Shown: positions 47,686 through 58,140, numbered from the stretch's first letter. The stretch is 64,000 bases of DNA from an uncultured Phycisphaera sp. (GCA_964486335.1 CAZAMB010000019.1:7377-71376), one strand, 5' to 3'. A program made the numbers and translations. The notes: generated by a model not told the origin, from the sequence alone.

Positions 47686-48663
47686 ATGCACGTTCGGGCC
47701 ATTGTGCCTAGAACGAGTTGGGGGCCATCGACTAGATCCGTTCGCCAAGAGGGCCCTGGAGCCGGAATGGTGTTGACTGCGGTCGGACGAGTTCGCGAAC
47801 GGGTCATCCACATCCTCCTGTTTTCATGCGCGTTTGTTTCCGTGGCGACAACGGCGGGGATTATTCTCGTCTTGCTGACGGAATCCTGGTCGTTCTTCAG
47901 CAACGTTTCTCCGTTGGATTTTTTCCTGGGCACGGAATGGGCGCCCAATTTTCGACCACAAAAGTTCGGCGTCTTGCCCTTGATTTGCGGAACGTTCCTG
48001 ATTGCGGGCGGAGCGTTGGTTGTCGCGCTGCCGATCGGCTTGGCCTCAGCGATTTTCCTAAGCGAATACGCTCCGGCAGGGCTTCGCGGCGTTCTCAAGC
48101 CGACGCTCGAGATTCTCGCCGGGATTCCGTCGGTGGTGTACGGTTTCTTCGCATTGACGTTTGTGACGCCCTACATTCTCAGGCCTGTGTTTCCGCGAAC
48201 GGACGTGTTTAACGCTGCCGCGGCGGCCATTGTAGTGGGCGTCATGGTGATTCCGACGATATCGTCCCTCTGTGACGATGCGCTTCGGGCGGTTCCCAAG
48301 AGCCTTCGCGAGGCGGCCTACGCCGTTTCAGCGACCAAACTGGAGGTTTCGACCCGAATCGTCGTGCCGGCAGCTTTTTCCGGCGTCATGGCGGCGGTGC
48401 TGCTCGCGTTTGCTCGAGCCATTGGCGAGACCATGGCGGTCGCCATCGCCGCGGGCATGACCGCCAATCTTACGTTGGATCCATTACAAAAAACGCAGAC
48501 TTTGACTGGTTTTATCGTCCAAATGAGTCTTGGGGACACACCGGCGGGGACCATAGAATACCAAACGATTTTTGCCGTCGGGCTCACTCTTTTTGCAATC
48601 ACGCTGTCGATCAACCTCATTGCCCACGTCGTGTTGCGAAAGTTTCGAGAGGTGTACGAATGA
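47686..48663 (+). CDS. pstC: Phosphate ABC transporter permease PstC
   Basis: Six-helix permease with EAA-type loop LREAAYAVSATKLE. The start may instead be the internal M at 47767. Confidence 0.9.
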   Translation: MHVRAIVPRTSWGPSTRSVRQEGPGAGMVLTAVGRVRERVIHILLFSCAFVSVATTAGIILVLLTESWSFFSNVSPLDFFLGTEWAPNFRPQKFGVLPLICGTFLIAGGALVVALPIGLASAIFLSEYAPAGLRGVLKPTLEILAGIPSVVYGFFALTFVTPYILRPVFPRTDVFNAAAAAIVVGVMVIPTISSLCDDALRAVPKSLREAAYAVSATKLEVSTRIVVPAAFSGVMAAVLLAFARAIGETMAVAIAAGMTANLTLDPLQKTQTLTGFIVQMSLGDTPAGTIEYQTIFAVGLTLFAITLSINLIAHVVLRKFREVYE

Positions 48664-49544
48664 ACCGGACGGCGGACAAGTTCATGCCACGGCTGCGCCG
48701 TCGGCGGCGAATCGGAGCGGTTTATGCGGGCGTCTGCGCGTTCTTGAGCCTGGCGGGCCTCGCCTTCCTGGGCGCGCTTTTGACACGTGTCTTCAAAGAG
48801 GGATGGTCATGGCTGACCCCGCAGTTTCTGACCAATCTTCCCTCTGTATTTGAACCGGAAACGTCAGGAATCTACGGAGCGATTTGCGGCACGCTGTGGG
48901 TGCTGGCGATCACGGCGGCGGTCGCGGTTCCCGTCGGGATCGGCGCGGCCATTTATCTTGAAGAGTTCGCGCCCCCGGGGCGCGTTCGGAACTTCATTCA
49001 GATCAACATCAGCAATCTCGCGGGGGTACCGGCCATCGTATACGGCATCCTCGGATTGGCCTTGTTCGTCCGATGGCTTTACTGCAACCGAAGTGTTCTG
49101 GCGGGCGGCTTGACGATGAGCCTTCTGATCCTGCCGGTCATTATCATCGCCAGCCGCGAAGCCCTCTGCGCCGTGCCAAAGTCGATCCGATTGGCGGCGT
49201 TTGCCCTCGGCGCGACGCGGTGGCAGACGGTACGAGCGCACGTATTGCCGGCCGCCATTCCCGGAATCATGACCGGGGTAATCCTTGCGATGTCGCGCGC
49301 GATCGGCGAAGCAGCACCGCTGATCGTCCTGGGCGCATTGACCTATGTTCCGTTCGCTCCTCGAAACCTGTTTGATCAATTCACGGCCGTTCCGATCCAG
49401 ATTTACGCATGGAGCGATCAGGCCCAGCCGGAGTATCAGAATCTGGCCGCGGCGGGTATCCTTGTCCTTTTGGGAATCCTGTTGCCCATGAATGCTTTGG
49501 CTATCGCGGTCCGAGCATGGCGTCAGAGAAGCAAAGCATGGTGA
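48660..49544 (+). CDS. pstA: Phosphate ABC transporter permease PstA
   Basis: Permease with loop [14 protein letters not shown]. The start overlaps the pstC stop (ATGA). Confidence 0.9.
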   Translation: MNRTADKFMPRLRRRRRIGAVYAGVCAFLSLAGLAFLGALLTRVFKEGWSWLTPQFLTNLPSVFEPETSGIYGAICGTLWVLAITAAVAVPVGIGAAIYLEEFAPPGRVRNFIQINISNLAGVPAIVYGILGLALFVRWLYCNRSVLAGGLTMSLLILPVIIIASREALCAVPKSIRLAAFALGATRWQTVRAHVLPAAIPGIMTGVILAMSRAIGEAAPLIVLGALTYVPFAPRNLFDQFTAVPIQIYAWSDQAQPEYQNLAAAGILVLLGILLPMNALAIAVRAWRQRSKAW

Positions 49545-50395
49545 GCGGCGTGAGCGAACAACCATCGCTGGACAAATCCAAGGCACGGGCGCCCGGCATC
49601 AACCTTTCCGGCCTGCGGTCGACGGCATCGCCGAAGCGAGAAGCTTCGGAGGCCATCTTGAAAGCCGAAGGTCTTTCCATTCGATACGGCTCATTTACCG
49701 CGGTGCGCAGCGCCACGTTGGACATTGAAGCGAAAAACGTCACGGCCATCATCGGCCCGTCCGGATGCGGCAAGAGCACGCTGCTGCGATCGATGAACCG
49801 CATGAACGACTTTGTCGTCGGGGCGTCGGTCGAGGGTTGTCTGTACTTTGGCCGTGAGAACATTTACGGTCCGAGTATGGATCCGGTCGAACTTCGGCGG
49901 CGCATCGGCATGGTATTTCAAAAGCCGAACCCATTTCCGAAATCGATTTACAAGAACGTCGCATGGGGACCGGCGATCAACGGATACCGCGGCGACCTGG
50001 GCGACCTCGTAGAGCAAACGCTTCGGCGGGCGGCACTTTGGGATGAAGTCAAAGACAAGCTGCATCAAAGCGCCTACGCACTATCTGGAGGACAGCAGCA
50101 GCGGTTGTGCATCGCGCGAGCGATCGCGATGCAGCCGGAAGTCCTCCTGATGGATGAACCGTGCTCGGCACTCGATCCAATCGCCACGGCACGCATCGAG
50201 GACCTGATCGACCAGCTCAAGACCGATTACACCGTGGTGCTGGTGACACACAATATGCAGCAGGCTGCCAGGGTCTCGGATCGTACGGCCTTCATGTACA
50301 TGGGGGAACTTATCGAGGTTACGGACACAACGACGATGTTCACGATGCCGAGCGACAAGCGCACGCAAGACTATCTTTCGGGTCGGTTCGGATAG
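49538..50395 (+). CDS. pstB: Phosphate ABC transporter ATP-binding protein
   Basis: Walker [10 protein letters not shown], signature LSGGQQQRL, Walker [12 protein letters not shown]. The ATG at 49538 overlaps the pstA stop (ATGGTGA); an alternative ATG is at 49517. Confidence 0.92.
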   Translation: MVSGVSEQPSLDKSKARAPGINLSGLRSTASPKREASEAILKAEGLSIRYGSFTAVRSATLDIEAKNVTAIIGPSGCGKSTLLRSMNRMNDFVVGASVEGCLYFGRENIYGPSMDPVELRRRIGMVFQKPNPFPKSIYKNVAWGPAINGYRGDLGDLVEQTLRRAALWDEVKDKLHQSAYALSGGQQQRLCIARAIAMQPEVLLMDEPCSALDPIATARIEDLIDQLKTDYTVVLVTHNMQQAARVSDRTAFMYMGELIEVTDTTTMFTMPSDKRTQDYLSGRFG

Positions 50396-50399
50396 ACCT

Positions 50400-51062
50400 A
50401 TGACCGCACATTTTGTTGATTTGCTGGATGATCTTCGACGGCGGTCGCTGCGAATGGCGAGCCTGGTGGAGGATATGCTTGAAGAATCCTGCGAGGCGAT
50501 GCTGGCCGCCGACCGAATGCTCGCCCAGCGCGTCGTGGAGCGCGACAATGACGTGGATATTGAGGAAGTCGCCGTTGAAGCCGAAGTGATTCGGCTGCTG
50601 GCCCTGTATCAGCCGGTGGGTTTTGATTTGCGCCTGCTTTGCACGGTGCTCAAAGTGAACAACGACCTGGAGCGCATCGCGGATTGCACGGTCAACGTGG
50701 CCGAACGCACGCGTCATCTCGACGCGCGAATGCTGACCGGCGAATACAAAGATCTGGAGCAAATGGGTCCGATCGTTCGCAACATGCTTCGCAATGCCGT
50801 CAAGGCCTTTTCCTCGGCGTCGGTCGACGACGCGCAGAAAGTGTTTTTGGAAGAGGACGCGGTGGACGCGTTGTACGGGCAGATCATCCGTCGGGTGGTG
50901 GCTGACGCTTCGGGGTCGCCCGGGCTGGTCGCGGCCCTTCTGGACGCGCTTTCGGTGGCGAAGAACCTTGAGCGAATCGCGGATCACGCGACGAACATTG
51001 CGGAAGACGTCGTTTATCTCTGCACAGGGACCATTGTTCGTCATCGAAAATCCGATCGTTAG
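50400..51062 (+). CDS. phoU: Phosphate signalling complex protein PhoU
   Basis: Two PhoU repeats (ERDNDVDIEEVAVEAE...NDLERIADCTVNVAE and EDAVDALYGQI...KNLERIADHATNIAEDV). Confidence 0.9.
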   Translation: MTAHFVDLLDDLRRRSLRMASLVEDMLEESCEAMLAADRMLAQRVVERDNDVDIEEVAVEAEVIRLLALYQPVGFDLRLLCTVLKVNNDLERIADCTVNVAERTRHLDARMLTGEYKDLEQMGPIVRNMLRNAVKAFSSASVDDAQKVFLEEDAVDALYGQIIRRVVADASGSPGLVAALLDALSVAKNLERIADHATNIAEDVVYLCTGTIVRHRKSDR

Positions 51063-51083
51063 TCGAATGACGCTCGGCAGTCC

Positions 51084-52082
51084 TTAAAGCCACCGGCGAA
51101 AACGAAAGAGGATCGTCGAGGCAAGTCCGGCGATGAGCAAAACTCCGCAAAACACCCAGAATCCATAGGGGCTTTCCGCACCGGGAAGCGTGTTGAAGTT
51201 GGTACCGAATAGTCCCGTCAGCACATTCAGCGGAAGGACGATCGTCGCCACCACGGTAAGCACTTTCATCACTTCATTGCTCCGGTTGGCCACGGTCGAG
51301 AGATAGGCATCCAGCGCCCCCTGGAGCAAATCGCGCAACGAATCCACGCCTTCTGAAATGCGATACACGTGATCGTAAACGTCGCGAAGATAGAGCTGCG
51401 TGTCCCTCTTGACGAGGTCGTGCGGACGATTGGTCAGGAAGTTGAGGATTTCGCGCAACGGGCCGACGCGGCGGCGCAGCAGCGCTGCCTGATGTTTGAA
51501 CTGAAAAATGGACTGTGGAATGGCGGCATCGAGCGGTCCGAAAATACGCTTTTCCAGCACCTCCACGGAATCGTTCAGCTCATTCGACAGATCAAGGTAT
51601 TCATCCACGAGCCGGTCGAGCTGTTGATACAGCACGAAATCCGGACCGCGCAGGAGCGGCGGATCGCCCTTGTCCATGCACTCGGCGACGAAGCTCGTTG
51701 CGGTAATCTCTTCTCGATGCGTCGTGATCAAATAATTGGGGCCGAGGAACCCATTGAGATTGACGATGTCAAACAAGTCGTCCGGCGTGCTTTTGTTGAG
51801 CGCGGGGGCGACGCAGAACAGATGACCTTCGTATTCCTCGACTTTGGCGCGGCTTTGCGGGCTGGAGACATCCTCCACGGCCAGCTCATGGAATCCAAGG
51901 CGGCTCACGAGGCGTTCGAGCACATCCCGCCGCGGGGCCAGAAGGTCAATCCAGACGAAGCAATTCGGATCGTCGAGCGCCGTCATGGCCTCCGGCAGAC
52001 CGACGCGGCGGACCGCGGTCTTGTCCTCTGAGGTAACATAACAGAGCAGTTCATCTGCCGCCTTTTTCGATCCGCGTCCCAT
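51084..52082 (-). CDS. corA: CorA-family divalent-cation transporter
   Basis: Two C-terminal TM helices flank LTGLFGTNF (GTN in place of the usual GMN). Cytoplasmic funnel domain. The start is set at the ATG at 52082 (MGRGSKK...). Confidence 0.85.
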   Translation of the reverse strand: MGRGSKKAADELLCYVTSEDKTAVRRVGLPEAMTALDDPNCFVWIDLLAPRRDVLERLVSRLGFHELAVEDVSSPQSRAKVEEYEGHLFCVAPALNKSTPDDLFDIVNLNGFLGPNYLITTHREEITATSFVAECMDKGDPPLLRGPDFVLYQQLDRLVDEYLDLSNELNDSVEVLEKRIFGPLDAAIPQSIFQFKHQAALLRRRVGPLREILNFLTNRPHDLVKRDTQLYLRDVYDHVYRISEGVDSLRDLLQGALDAYLSTVANRSNEVMKVLTVVATIVLPLNVLTGLFGTNFNTLPGAESPYGFWVFCGVLLIAGLASTILFRFRRWL

Positions 52083-52244
52083 GCAGAATGATCCCGGCCA
52101 AGCTCCGCGCCGCCTTCCATCATAAGTCAGGCAGCGCCGGCTGCAATTCAAAGCAACGGATCGCTCAACCGAAGCGTGACGCGCAAGCGACCGATAAGAA
52201 GCCAAGTGGATCATACGGTTCAATACGAGGAGGCAGTGCGCGCC

Positions 52245-53060
52245 ATGACAACCGTTGCCGAGCCGACTGAAGCGCAACGAATTGGGCGACTGCTGGTCAG
52301 CCTGACATGGCGCGACCTGCGCGTGCGTTATAAGCAGTCAGCGCTCGGAGCGGCCTGGGCGGTGGTCTTGCCACTTTCCATGATGCTGATCTTCACGTTC
52401 ATTTTCACGCAGGCGGTTGACTTGCCGGCCGCATCGGGAATCACCGTACCCTACGCGCTGTTCGCCTATACGGGACTGGTTCCGTGGGCGTTTTTCAGCG
52501 CGAGCCTGAACGGATGCGTCAACTCGCTGGTCGCCAATCGGAATCTCGTAACCAAGGTCTATTTTCCACGCGAGGTGTTTCCGCTTTCGTGCGTCGGCAC
52601 GGCTTTCGTGGATTTTCTTGTTGCGATGGCGGTGCTTGGCGGATTGATGGGTTATTTTCACGCAAGGGGTACATGGAGTTTTTCAGTTCACATCCAGTGG
52701 ATCTTCGTTCCGATCATTGTCCTCGCGCAAGCATCTTTGACGATCGGCCTGGGCATGATGCTCGCCATGGCCAACCTCTTTTACCGCGACGTCCGCCAGA
52801 TCGTCGGCGTGCTGCTGCAACTCGGATTATTCGTTTCGGCAGTGGTCGTTCCGGTGCCGAACGGTACTGGACTTCTCGCGCAACTGGTGCGACTGAATCC
52901 CCTGGTTCCGATCATGCAAGCGTACCGTGATTGCCTTCTGGACGGTCGGTGGCCGGCCGCCGCGCCGTTCTCCTACGCGACGGCGGTGTCACTCATCGTG
53001 CTTCTCGGCGGATGGATCGGCTTTCGGCGGGCGTCTTATCGCTTCGCGGAGTGCATCTGA
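52245..53060 (+). CDS. wzm: ABC-2 type polysaccharide export permease (Wzm/TagG-like)
   Basis: LTWRDLRVRYKQSALGAAWAVVLPLSMMLIFTFIF is the typical Wzm N-terminus. Six hydrophobic helices. GAGGAGG lies upstream of the ATG at 52245. Confidence 0.8.
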   Translation: MTTVAEPTEAQRIGRLLVSLTWRDLRVRYKQSALGAAWAVVLPLSMMLIFTFIFTQAVDLPAASGITVPYALFAYTGLVPWAFFSASLNGCVNSLVANRNLVTKVYFPREVFPLSCVGTAFVDFLVAMAVLGGLMGYFHARGTWSFSVHIQWIFVPIIVLAQASLTIGLGMMLAMANLFYRDVRQIVGVLLQLGLFVSAVVVPVPNGTGLLAQLVRLNPLVPIMQAYRDCLLDGRWPAAAPFSYATAVSLIVLLGGWIGFRRASYRFAECI

Positions 53061-54370
53061 TGACTTCTGGAGTGCGATTGTTCAACGTTACCAAGCGATT
53101 CCGCGTCGGCGAGAATCATGACTCGCTACGCGACCTGCTGGTTAATTCCGCAAAACGGATTTTTGGCGGCGGGCGTTGCGCTTCGGAACAGACGTATACC
53201 GCAGTCGAAAATGTTTCGTTTGAGGCGCGACCGGGAGAGGCTGTTGGAATCATTGGACCCAACGGCGCGGGCAAGAGCACCGTGCTCAAATTGCTTGCCG
53301 GGATTCTGCGACCTGACGACGGACACATCGAAGTGCGTGGTCGCCGGGCCGCATTGATCGAAGTCGGCGCGGGCTTTCACGGCGACCTGACAGGACGCGA
53401 AAACATCCACCTCAACGGAACGATACTGGGCATGACCCGCGACGAGATTCGGCGCAAAATGGGCGACATCGTCGCGTTCGCCGGTGTCGATCGATTCCTG
53501 GATACGCCCGTGAAGCGATACAGCTCTGGCATGTACGCAAGGCTTGGGTTCAGCATCGCGGCGCATGTCGATCCCGAAGTGCTGCTCGTGGACGAAGTGC
53601 TCTCCGTCGGCGACGCGGCGTTTCGATTGCGATGCCTCGAGCGCATGCAGTCCCTGGTTCGCGGCGGCACGTCGCTGGTGTTCGTCACGCATGATCTGGA
53701 ACAAATGCGCGCGATTTGCAACAGGACCATTGTACTGGAACACGGTCGAGTCGCCTTTGAGGGCAAACCGGCTGCGGCCATCGCCCATTATTTGACGGCG
53801 CTGGCTCGCTGCGGCGCGGATCGGCCGACGGACGTGGGCGGCCACGAAGTGTACGGTCACAACCGTATGGAACTCAAGCAACTTCGCATTCTGAACGAGG
53901 CGGGTCGCGAAACAAATACCGTCAATCCTCGCGAGAGATTAACGGTGGAAGCTGTCGTCCGTTCCTCTCGAATCATCCGGCGGGCCGTCGTGGAGTTGAA
54001 CTTGCGACGAGCTGAAGGCGGCGAAATCATTGCGACGTTCAATTCAGGCCGCTCACGACGGTACTTCCGGTTGGTGATCGATCAGAACATCGTTCGGCTA
54101 CGGCTTGGGTCGCTGCCGATCAGCAGCGGCCAGTATTTCTGGAATCTGCGCGTCTGGGATACCGAGGCAGCGAAGACGGAACTGGACAGTCCTTTTCAAT
54201 GTCCTTTGATCGTCGACGACGGCGGATGCACGACCGGAATGCTGTCCGTTGAACACGACTGGGTGGGCGATGCGAGCTTGAACGACGGTTTCGCCGTCAC
54301 GGCTTGCACCACCGACGTATCATTGGCCCGTCGCAAGGAAGAAACCGTTGAGAGTCTGCCTGTTCGCTGA
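53060..54370 (+). CDS. wzt: Polysaccharide export ABC ATPase (Wzt/TagH-like) with C-terminal extension
   Basis: Walker A GPNGAGKST, signature YSSGMYARLGF, Walker B LLVDEVLSVGD. The roughly 190 aa after the NBD are strand-rich. The start overlaps the wzm stop (TGATG). Confidence 0.85.
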   Translation: MTSGVRLFNVTKRFRVGENHDSLRDLLVNSAKRIFGGGRCASEQTYTAVENVSFEARPGEAVGIIGPNGAGKSTVLKLLAGILRPDDGHIEVRGRRAALIEVGAGFHGDLTGRENIHLNGTILGMTRDEIRRKMGDIVAFAGVDRFLDTPVKRYSSGMYARLGFSIAAHVDPEVLLVDEVLSVGDAAFRLRCLERMQSLVRGGTSLVFVTHDLEQMRAICNRTIVLEHGRVAFEGKPAAAIAHYLTALARCGADRPTDVGGHEVYGHNRMELKQLRILNEAGRETNTVNPRERLTVEAVVRSSRIIRRAVVELNLRRAEGGEIIATFNSGRSRRYFRLVIDQNIVRLRLGSLPISSGQYFWNLRVWDTEAAKTELDSPFQCPLIVDDGGCTTGMLSVEHDWVGDASLNDGFAVTACTTDVSLARRKEETVESLPVR

Positions 54371-55457
54371 CGCGAAGTCGGTGCATGTCCATCAGCTCGC
54401 CCGATCGCTGGCTTCCCACGGCGCGACCGTTCATGTCGTCACGCATAAACCGTTCGAAGTTCCCGGGGCGACCGTAGAGCGGTTTCGCGTTCCGCCCGCC
54501 GGATGGACGAACCTTCGCCGCTGGGAGAGTCGCCGCCGCAGGTACATCGCCGACTTCTTTCAAAACTTCGACGTGGTCAACATGCACTTTCTCGCGGATT
54601 GGAAACTGGACGAGGAACTCCTGCGAAGTTCCGATCGAGATGCCGCGCTGATTGTTACCGCCTGGGGTTCGGACATCGTTGACCCACCAGGCGAAACTCC
54701 GGCCTCCCATGCCCTGAGCGCCGATCGGAAACAACTGCTACAACGAGCCGATATGGTCACGGTCTGCGGTCCGTCGTTTGCGAGCGTCGTCGCCGAATAC
54801 GGAAAGCTTCGGACCGACGATGTCGCAGTCGTTCCATTCGGCGTGGACCTTTCGCGCTTCGACCCATCTGTGACTGCGCCGCGACCGCCCGACGAGCCGC
54901 TGACAATCGGATTCTTCAAGGGGTTTCGTCCGGTTTACGGACCCACCATCCTCATCCAGGCGATTCCGCTCATCATTCGTGAGAGCCGTCATTGTCGCAT
55001 TCAGCTCGTTGGCGACGGTGCCGAGCTTTCGCAGTGCCAGGCGATGGCCCGTCAACTCGGCGTTGAATCGTATGTTGAGTGGATCCCGCGCCAGGACCAT
55101 TCACGACTCCCGCCGCTGATGGCGCATTGGTCCATAAGCGTGATCCCCTCGATCCACGAGGCCTTCGGAGTGGCGGCGCTTGAATCTTCAGCCATGCAAC
55201 TGCCGGTCGTGGCCAGCGACGTGTGCGGTCTTCGAGACACCGTCATCGACAACCATACGGGATTGCTGTGCCCACCGGGCGACCCGAACGCGCTGGCGAA
55301 AGCCGTCCTGCTACTGCGAGCCGACGTTCAACTTCGAACGCGGATGGGCCTGGCGGGCCGCCAGATGGTCGAGCAGCATTACAACTGGAACCGTCTCGCA
55401 CCGGCTTGGCTCCAAGCCTACGAGCGCGCCCGCGAGGAGCGCTGCGTCATGACATAA
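54348..55457 (+). CDS. GT4 (GT-B fold) glycosyltransferase
   Basis: N-terminus MRVCLFADAKSVHVHQLA. C-terminal EAFGVAALESSAMQLPVVASDVCGLRDTV (EX7E-type region). TTG start. Confidence 0.85.
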   Translation: MRVCLFADAKSVHVHQLARSLASHGATVHVVTHKPFEVPGATVERFRVPPAGWTNLRRWESRRRRYIADFFQNFDVVNMHFLADWKLDEELLRSSDRDAALIVTAWGSDIVDPPGETPASHALSADRKQLLQRADMVTVCGPSFASVVAEYGKLRTDDVAVVPFGVDLSRFDPSVTAPRPPDEPLTIGFFKGFRPVYGPTILIQAIPLIIRESRHCRIQLVGDGAELSQCQAMARQLGVESYVEWIPRQDHSRLPPLMAHWSISVIPSIHEAFGVAALESSAMQLPVVASDVCGLRDTVIDNHTGLLCPPGDPNALAKAVLLLRADVQLRTRMGLAGRQMVEQHYNWNRLAPAWLQAYERAREERCVMT

Positions 55458-55458
55458 A

Positions 55459-55483
55459 GGCCGATCGCAGGCCGGCCCGTTTT
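55459..55483 (+). terminator. Weak hairpin plus T-tract after the GT4 gene
   Basis: GGCCG-9 nt-CGGCC followed by CGTTTT, immediately after the TAA at 55455-55457. The stem is only 5 bp. Confidence 0.2.
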
Positions 55484-55678
55484 CCGCGTGCCAAACGTGT
55501 CCAATCCCTGCACGATGTTCTTCAATCGTTCGCCCGTCGCAGACTCCCCGGAAAAATAGCAAACGCCCTGTGAGAACCTGATTTCAACCAGGCGATATAA
55601 AGCTCCGATGAAATCATGGTCCGAATCTTCTCTTTGCCGGATCCGGACAATCGTAGGCTGAATCGAACGGAGTAACGA

Positions 55679-57118
55679 ATGGCGCGAAACACCAAAAACA
55701 GGAAATCACGCCCGAAGTGCTCATGCGATCGCCGCGTGCTGATGATTTGCCATGCCTTTCCGCCAACCGGCGGCTCCGGCGTGCAACGGTCGGCGAAATT
55801 CGCCAAATACCTTCCCGACTTTGGCTGGCAGCCGACGGTCTGGACGGCAGGCGCGGTCGACGGACTTCCGCGCGACCCGTCGCTTTCCATGGATCTTCCG
55901 CGAGAGGTCGTCGTTCACGCTCATCGCGCAGGCGGTGGTGTTCACGCGATGCGGCGCACGCTTCGAGGGTTTATTGATTCCAACGAAGGCGCTCGGCTCC
56001 GGGCGGCCGCCTCGCACGTCGCGCGAGCGATCGACTGGCGACTTCAGGCATGGCTTGCCGGTGCGCCGTTTCCGGACGATTGCGCGGGGTGGGCGCGCCG
56101 AAGCCTCAAGCCGCTGCTGCAACTGATCGAGGCGGAGCAGATCCAATTGATCTATTCGACCTTCAGCCCGGCGTCGAATCACTGGCTCGCTCTGCAACTG
56201 AAACGCCGCACCGGTTTGCCCTGGGTCGCTGATTTCCGTGACCTTTGGACCGACGATTACCGTTATCACGAACCATCCGAAAAGCGGCGCATCGGACATC
56301 GGCAGCTCGAAGAGGATTTTCTGAATGAAGCCGACGTGGTTATTGGAGTCACGCCGCGACAGACAGCCTTGCTGGCCGAACGCATTACTGAAGCACCCGC
56401 GAAGTTCATTACGATCACCAACGGTTACGATCCGGCGGACTTCGAAGGCATCCCAACCGAGTCTTCCGACATCTGCAGCGGCGGAATCAATGGTGAGCAG
56501 GCCGGTCGCACGTTTGTCGTTGCTTACGTCGGGCGACTCGACGCACAGCGAACCAGCAAGGCGTTGTGGGAGGGCCTGGCCCAGTTCGGAACCTCGATCG
56601 GGTCGGCCGGCAGAAACGTACTGATTCGATTCCTCGGTCACGTTAATGCTCAGGCCAGAGACCGGATCGCGTCGATTGGTCTTCCCTTTCGGTTTGAAGA
56701 GTACGCACCACACGGCGATGCGATCCGAGCCATGTGCGACGCCGATGCCCTGCTTCTGATCGCGCCGACCGGCCCGAACTGCGAGACGGTGATCGCCGCA
56801 AAAATCTTCGAGTATCTGGCTGCGCGGCGACCCATCATCCTCGTCGGACCGCCCGATGGGGAGTGCGAGCGAATCGTCCGGGAATGCAAGGCCGGAGTCT
56901 CCGCGTCGCTGCAACCCGGTGAAGTCGCGGCAGCGTTTCGGCACATGTTCGATGCCTGGCAGTCCGGACAACCGCTCGTCGGTTGCAGCCCGTCACAGCT
57001 TCGATCTTTCAGCAGGATTGAACTGACGAGGAAACTTGCAACGGTGTTCGACGAACTTGTTGAGCCTCGACAAACGCCATTGCCGCGCCGTCAGGTTCTG
57101 GAATCGGCTGTATCGTGA
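55679..57118 (+). CDS. GT-B fold glycosyltransferase (GT4-like, divergent)
   Basis: VLMICHAFPPTGGSGVQRSAKFAKYLPDFGW is the N-terminus of the Glyco_trans_4-like subfamily. C-terminal KIFEYLAARRPIILVGP. Confidence 0.7.
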   Translation: MARNTKNRKSRPKCSCDRRVLMICHAFPPTGGSGVQRSAKFAKYLPDFGWQPTVWTAGAVDGLPRDPSLSMDLPREVVVHAHRAGGGVHAMRRTLRGFIDSNEGARLRAAASHVARAIDWRLQAWLAGAPFPDDCAGWARRSLKPLLQLIEAEQIQLIYSTFSPASNHWLALQLKRRTGLPWVADFRDLWTDDYRYHEPSEKRRIGHRQLEEDFLNEADVVIGVTPRQTALLAERITEAPAKFITITNGYDPADFEGIPTESSDICSGGINGEQAGRTFVVAYVGRLDAQRTSKALWEGLAQFGTSIGSAGRNVLIRFLGHVNAQARDRIASIGLPFRFEEYAPHGDAIRAMCDADALLLIAPTGPNCETVIAAKIFEYLAARRPIILVGPPDGECERIVRECKAGVSASLQPGEVAAAFRHMFDAWQSGQPLVGCSPSQLRSFSRIELTRKLATVFDELVEPRQTPLPRRQVLESAVS

Positions 57119-58140
57119 TGCGCCCTGCCGTCTCGGTCATCATTCCAACGTTCAATCGCGCTGAGCTCTTGCCGCGAGCCATCGAATCCGTCATCGCCCA
57201 AACACACGACGATTGGGAAATTGTGGTTGTCGACGACGGTTCAACGGACGACACGAGAGCAGTCGTCGGCGATTATGCTCGCCGCATCGGAGATCGATTT
57301 CGGAGTGTCCTTCAGGAGAATCGAGGCGCCAGCGCGGCGCGCAATCGCGGGATTGAGGCAAGCCGCGGGTCGTTTATTGCGTTCCTCGACTCCGACGACG
57401 AATTCATTCCCACGAAACTCGAACGACAACTTCGCTTTTTTGAGGCCAGGCCCGAACTTGGCTTCATATACAGCGATTATTCCTTCATCGATCTGGACGG
57501 CGAACGTCATGCCAGCGCTTTTCGCACCAAGTTCCCAATTGCACTGGAGGTACCCGCCACTCCAGTCGGACCCGGGCAATACATCTGCACGACAAGCCTC
57601 TTCGATACGCTCATTCGCGGCTACTTCATCGCGACCATCGTCGGACTGATTCGCCGAGAGGTTTTGGGCGACGATCTGCGATTCGACGAGTCTCAATCGT
57701 ACGCCGAGGAGTGGTTGTTCCACCTTCGCGTCGCGCGACGCTGCGCGGCCGGGTTTGTCGATGATCCTCTGTCGCTGCATCACTATACGCCGTCCAGTCT
57801 TGCTCGTAACGACAAACAACGAAACTCCATTCGCAGGTACGGCCTGCTGAAAACGATCTACTCGACCTTTCCGGAAATGACCAAACCGCAGCGCGCGATT
57901 GTTCGGCGTAACCTTGCCACCGCGGCGCGGCAGGTCTGCTATGACGCCATTGGCGAAGGTGCAAAGAATGTCGCCGTCAGGTATGCGTGGAACGCCTTGA
58001 AACTCTCGCACGGTCCTCGTGCGATTGTTCAATCCTTCAGTGCATTGCGGAGCAGCGTATTTGCCACGACCTCCCATTGGGACCGAACTCGCCGCGAACC
58101 CACCCTGCTCGCTCAAGCCGTGGGCGGCACCGTCCGATAA
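57115..58140 (+). CDS. GT2 glycosyltransferase
   Basis: VSVIIPTFNRAELLPRAIESVIAQT, VVVDDGSTDDT and FLDSDDEF (DxD). Confidence 0.88.
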   Translation: MMRPAVSVIIPTFNRAELLPRAIESVIAQTHDDWEIVVVDDGSTDDTRAVVGDYARRIGDRFRSVLQENRGASAARNRGIEASRGSFIAFLDSDDEFIPTKLERQLRFFEARPELGFIYSDYSFIDLDGERHASAFRTKFPIALEVPATPVGPGQYICTTSLFDTLIRGYFIATIVGLIRREVLGDDLRFDESQSYAEEWLFHLRVARRCAAGFVDDPLSLHHYTPSSLARNDKQRNSIRRYGLLKTIYSTFPEMTKPQRAIVRRNLATAARQVCYDAIGEGAKNVAVRYAWNALKLSHGPRAIVQSFSALRSSVFATTSHWDRTRREPTLLAQAVGGTVR

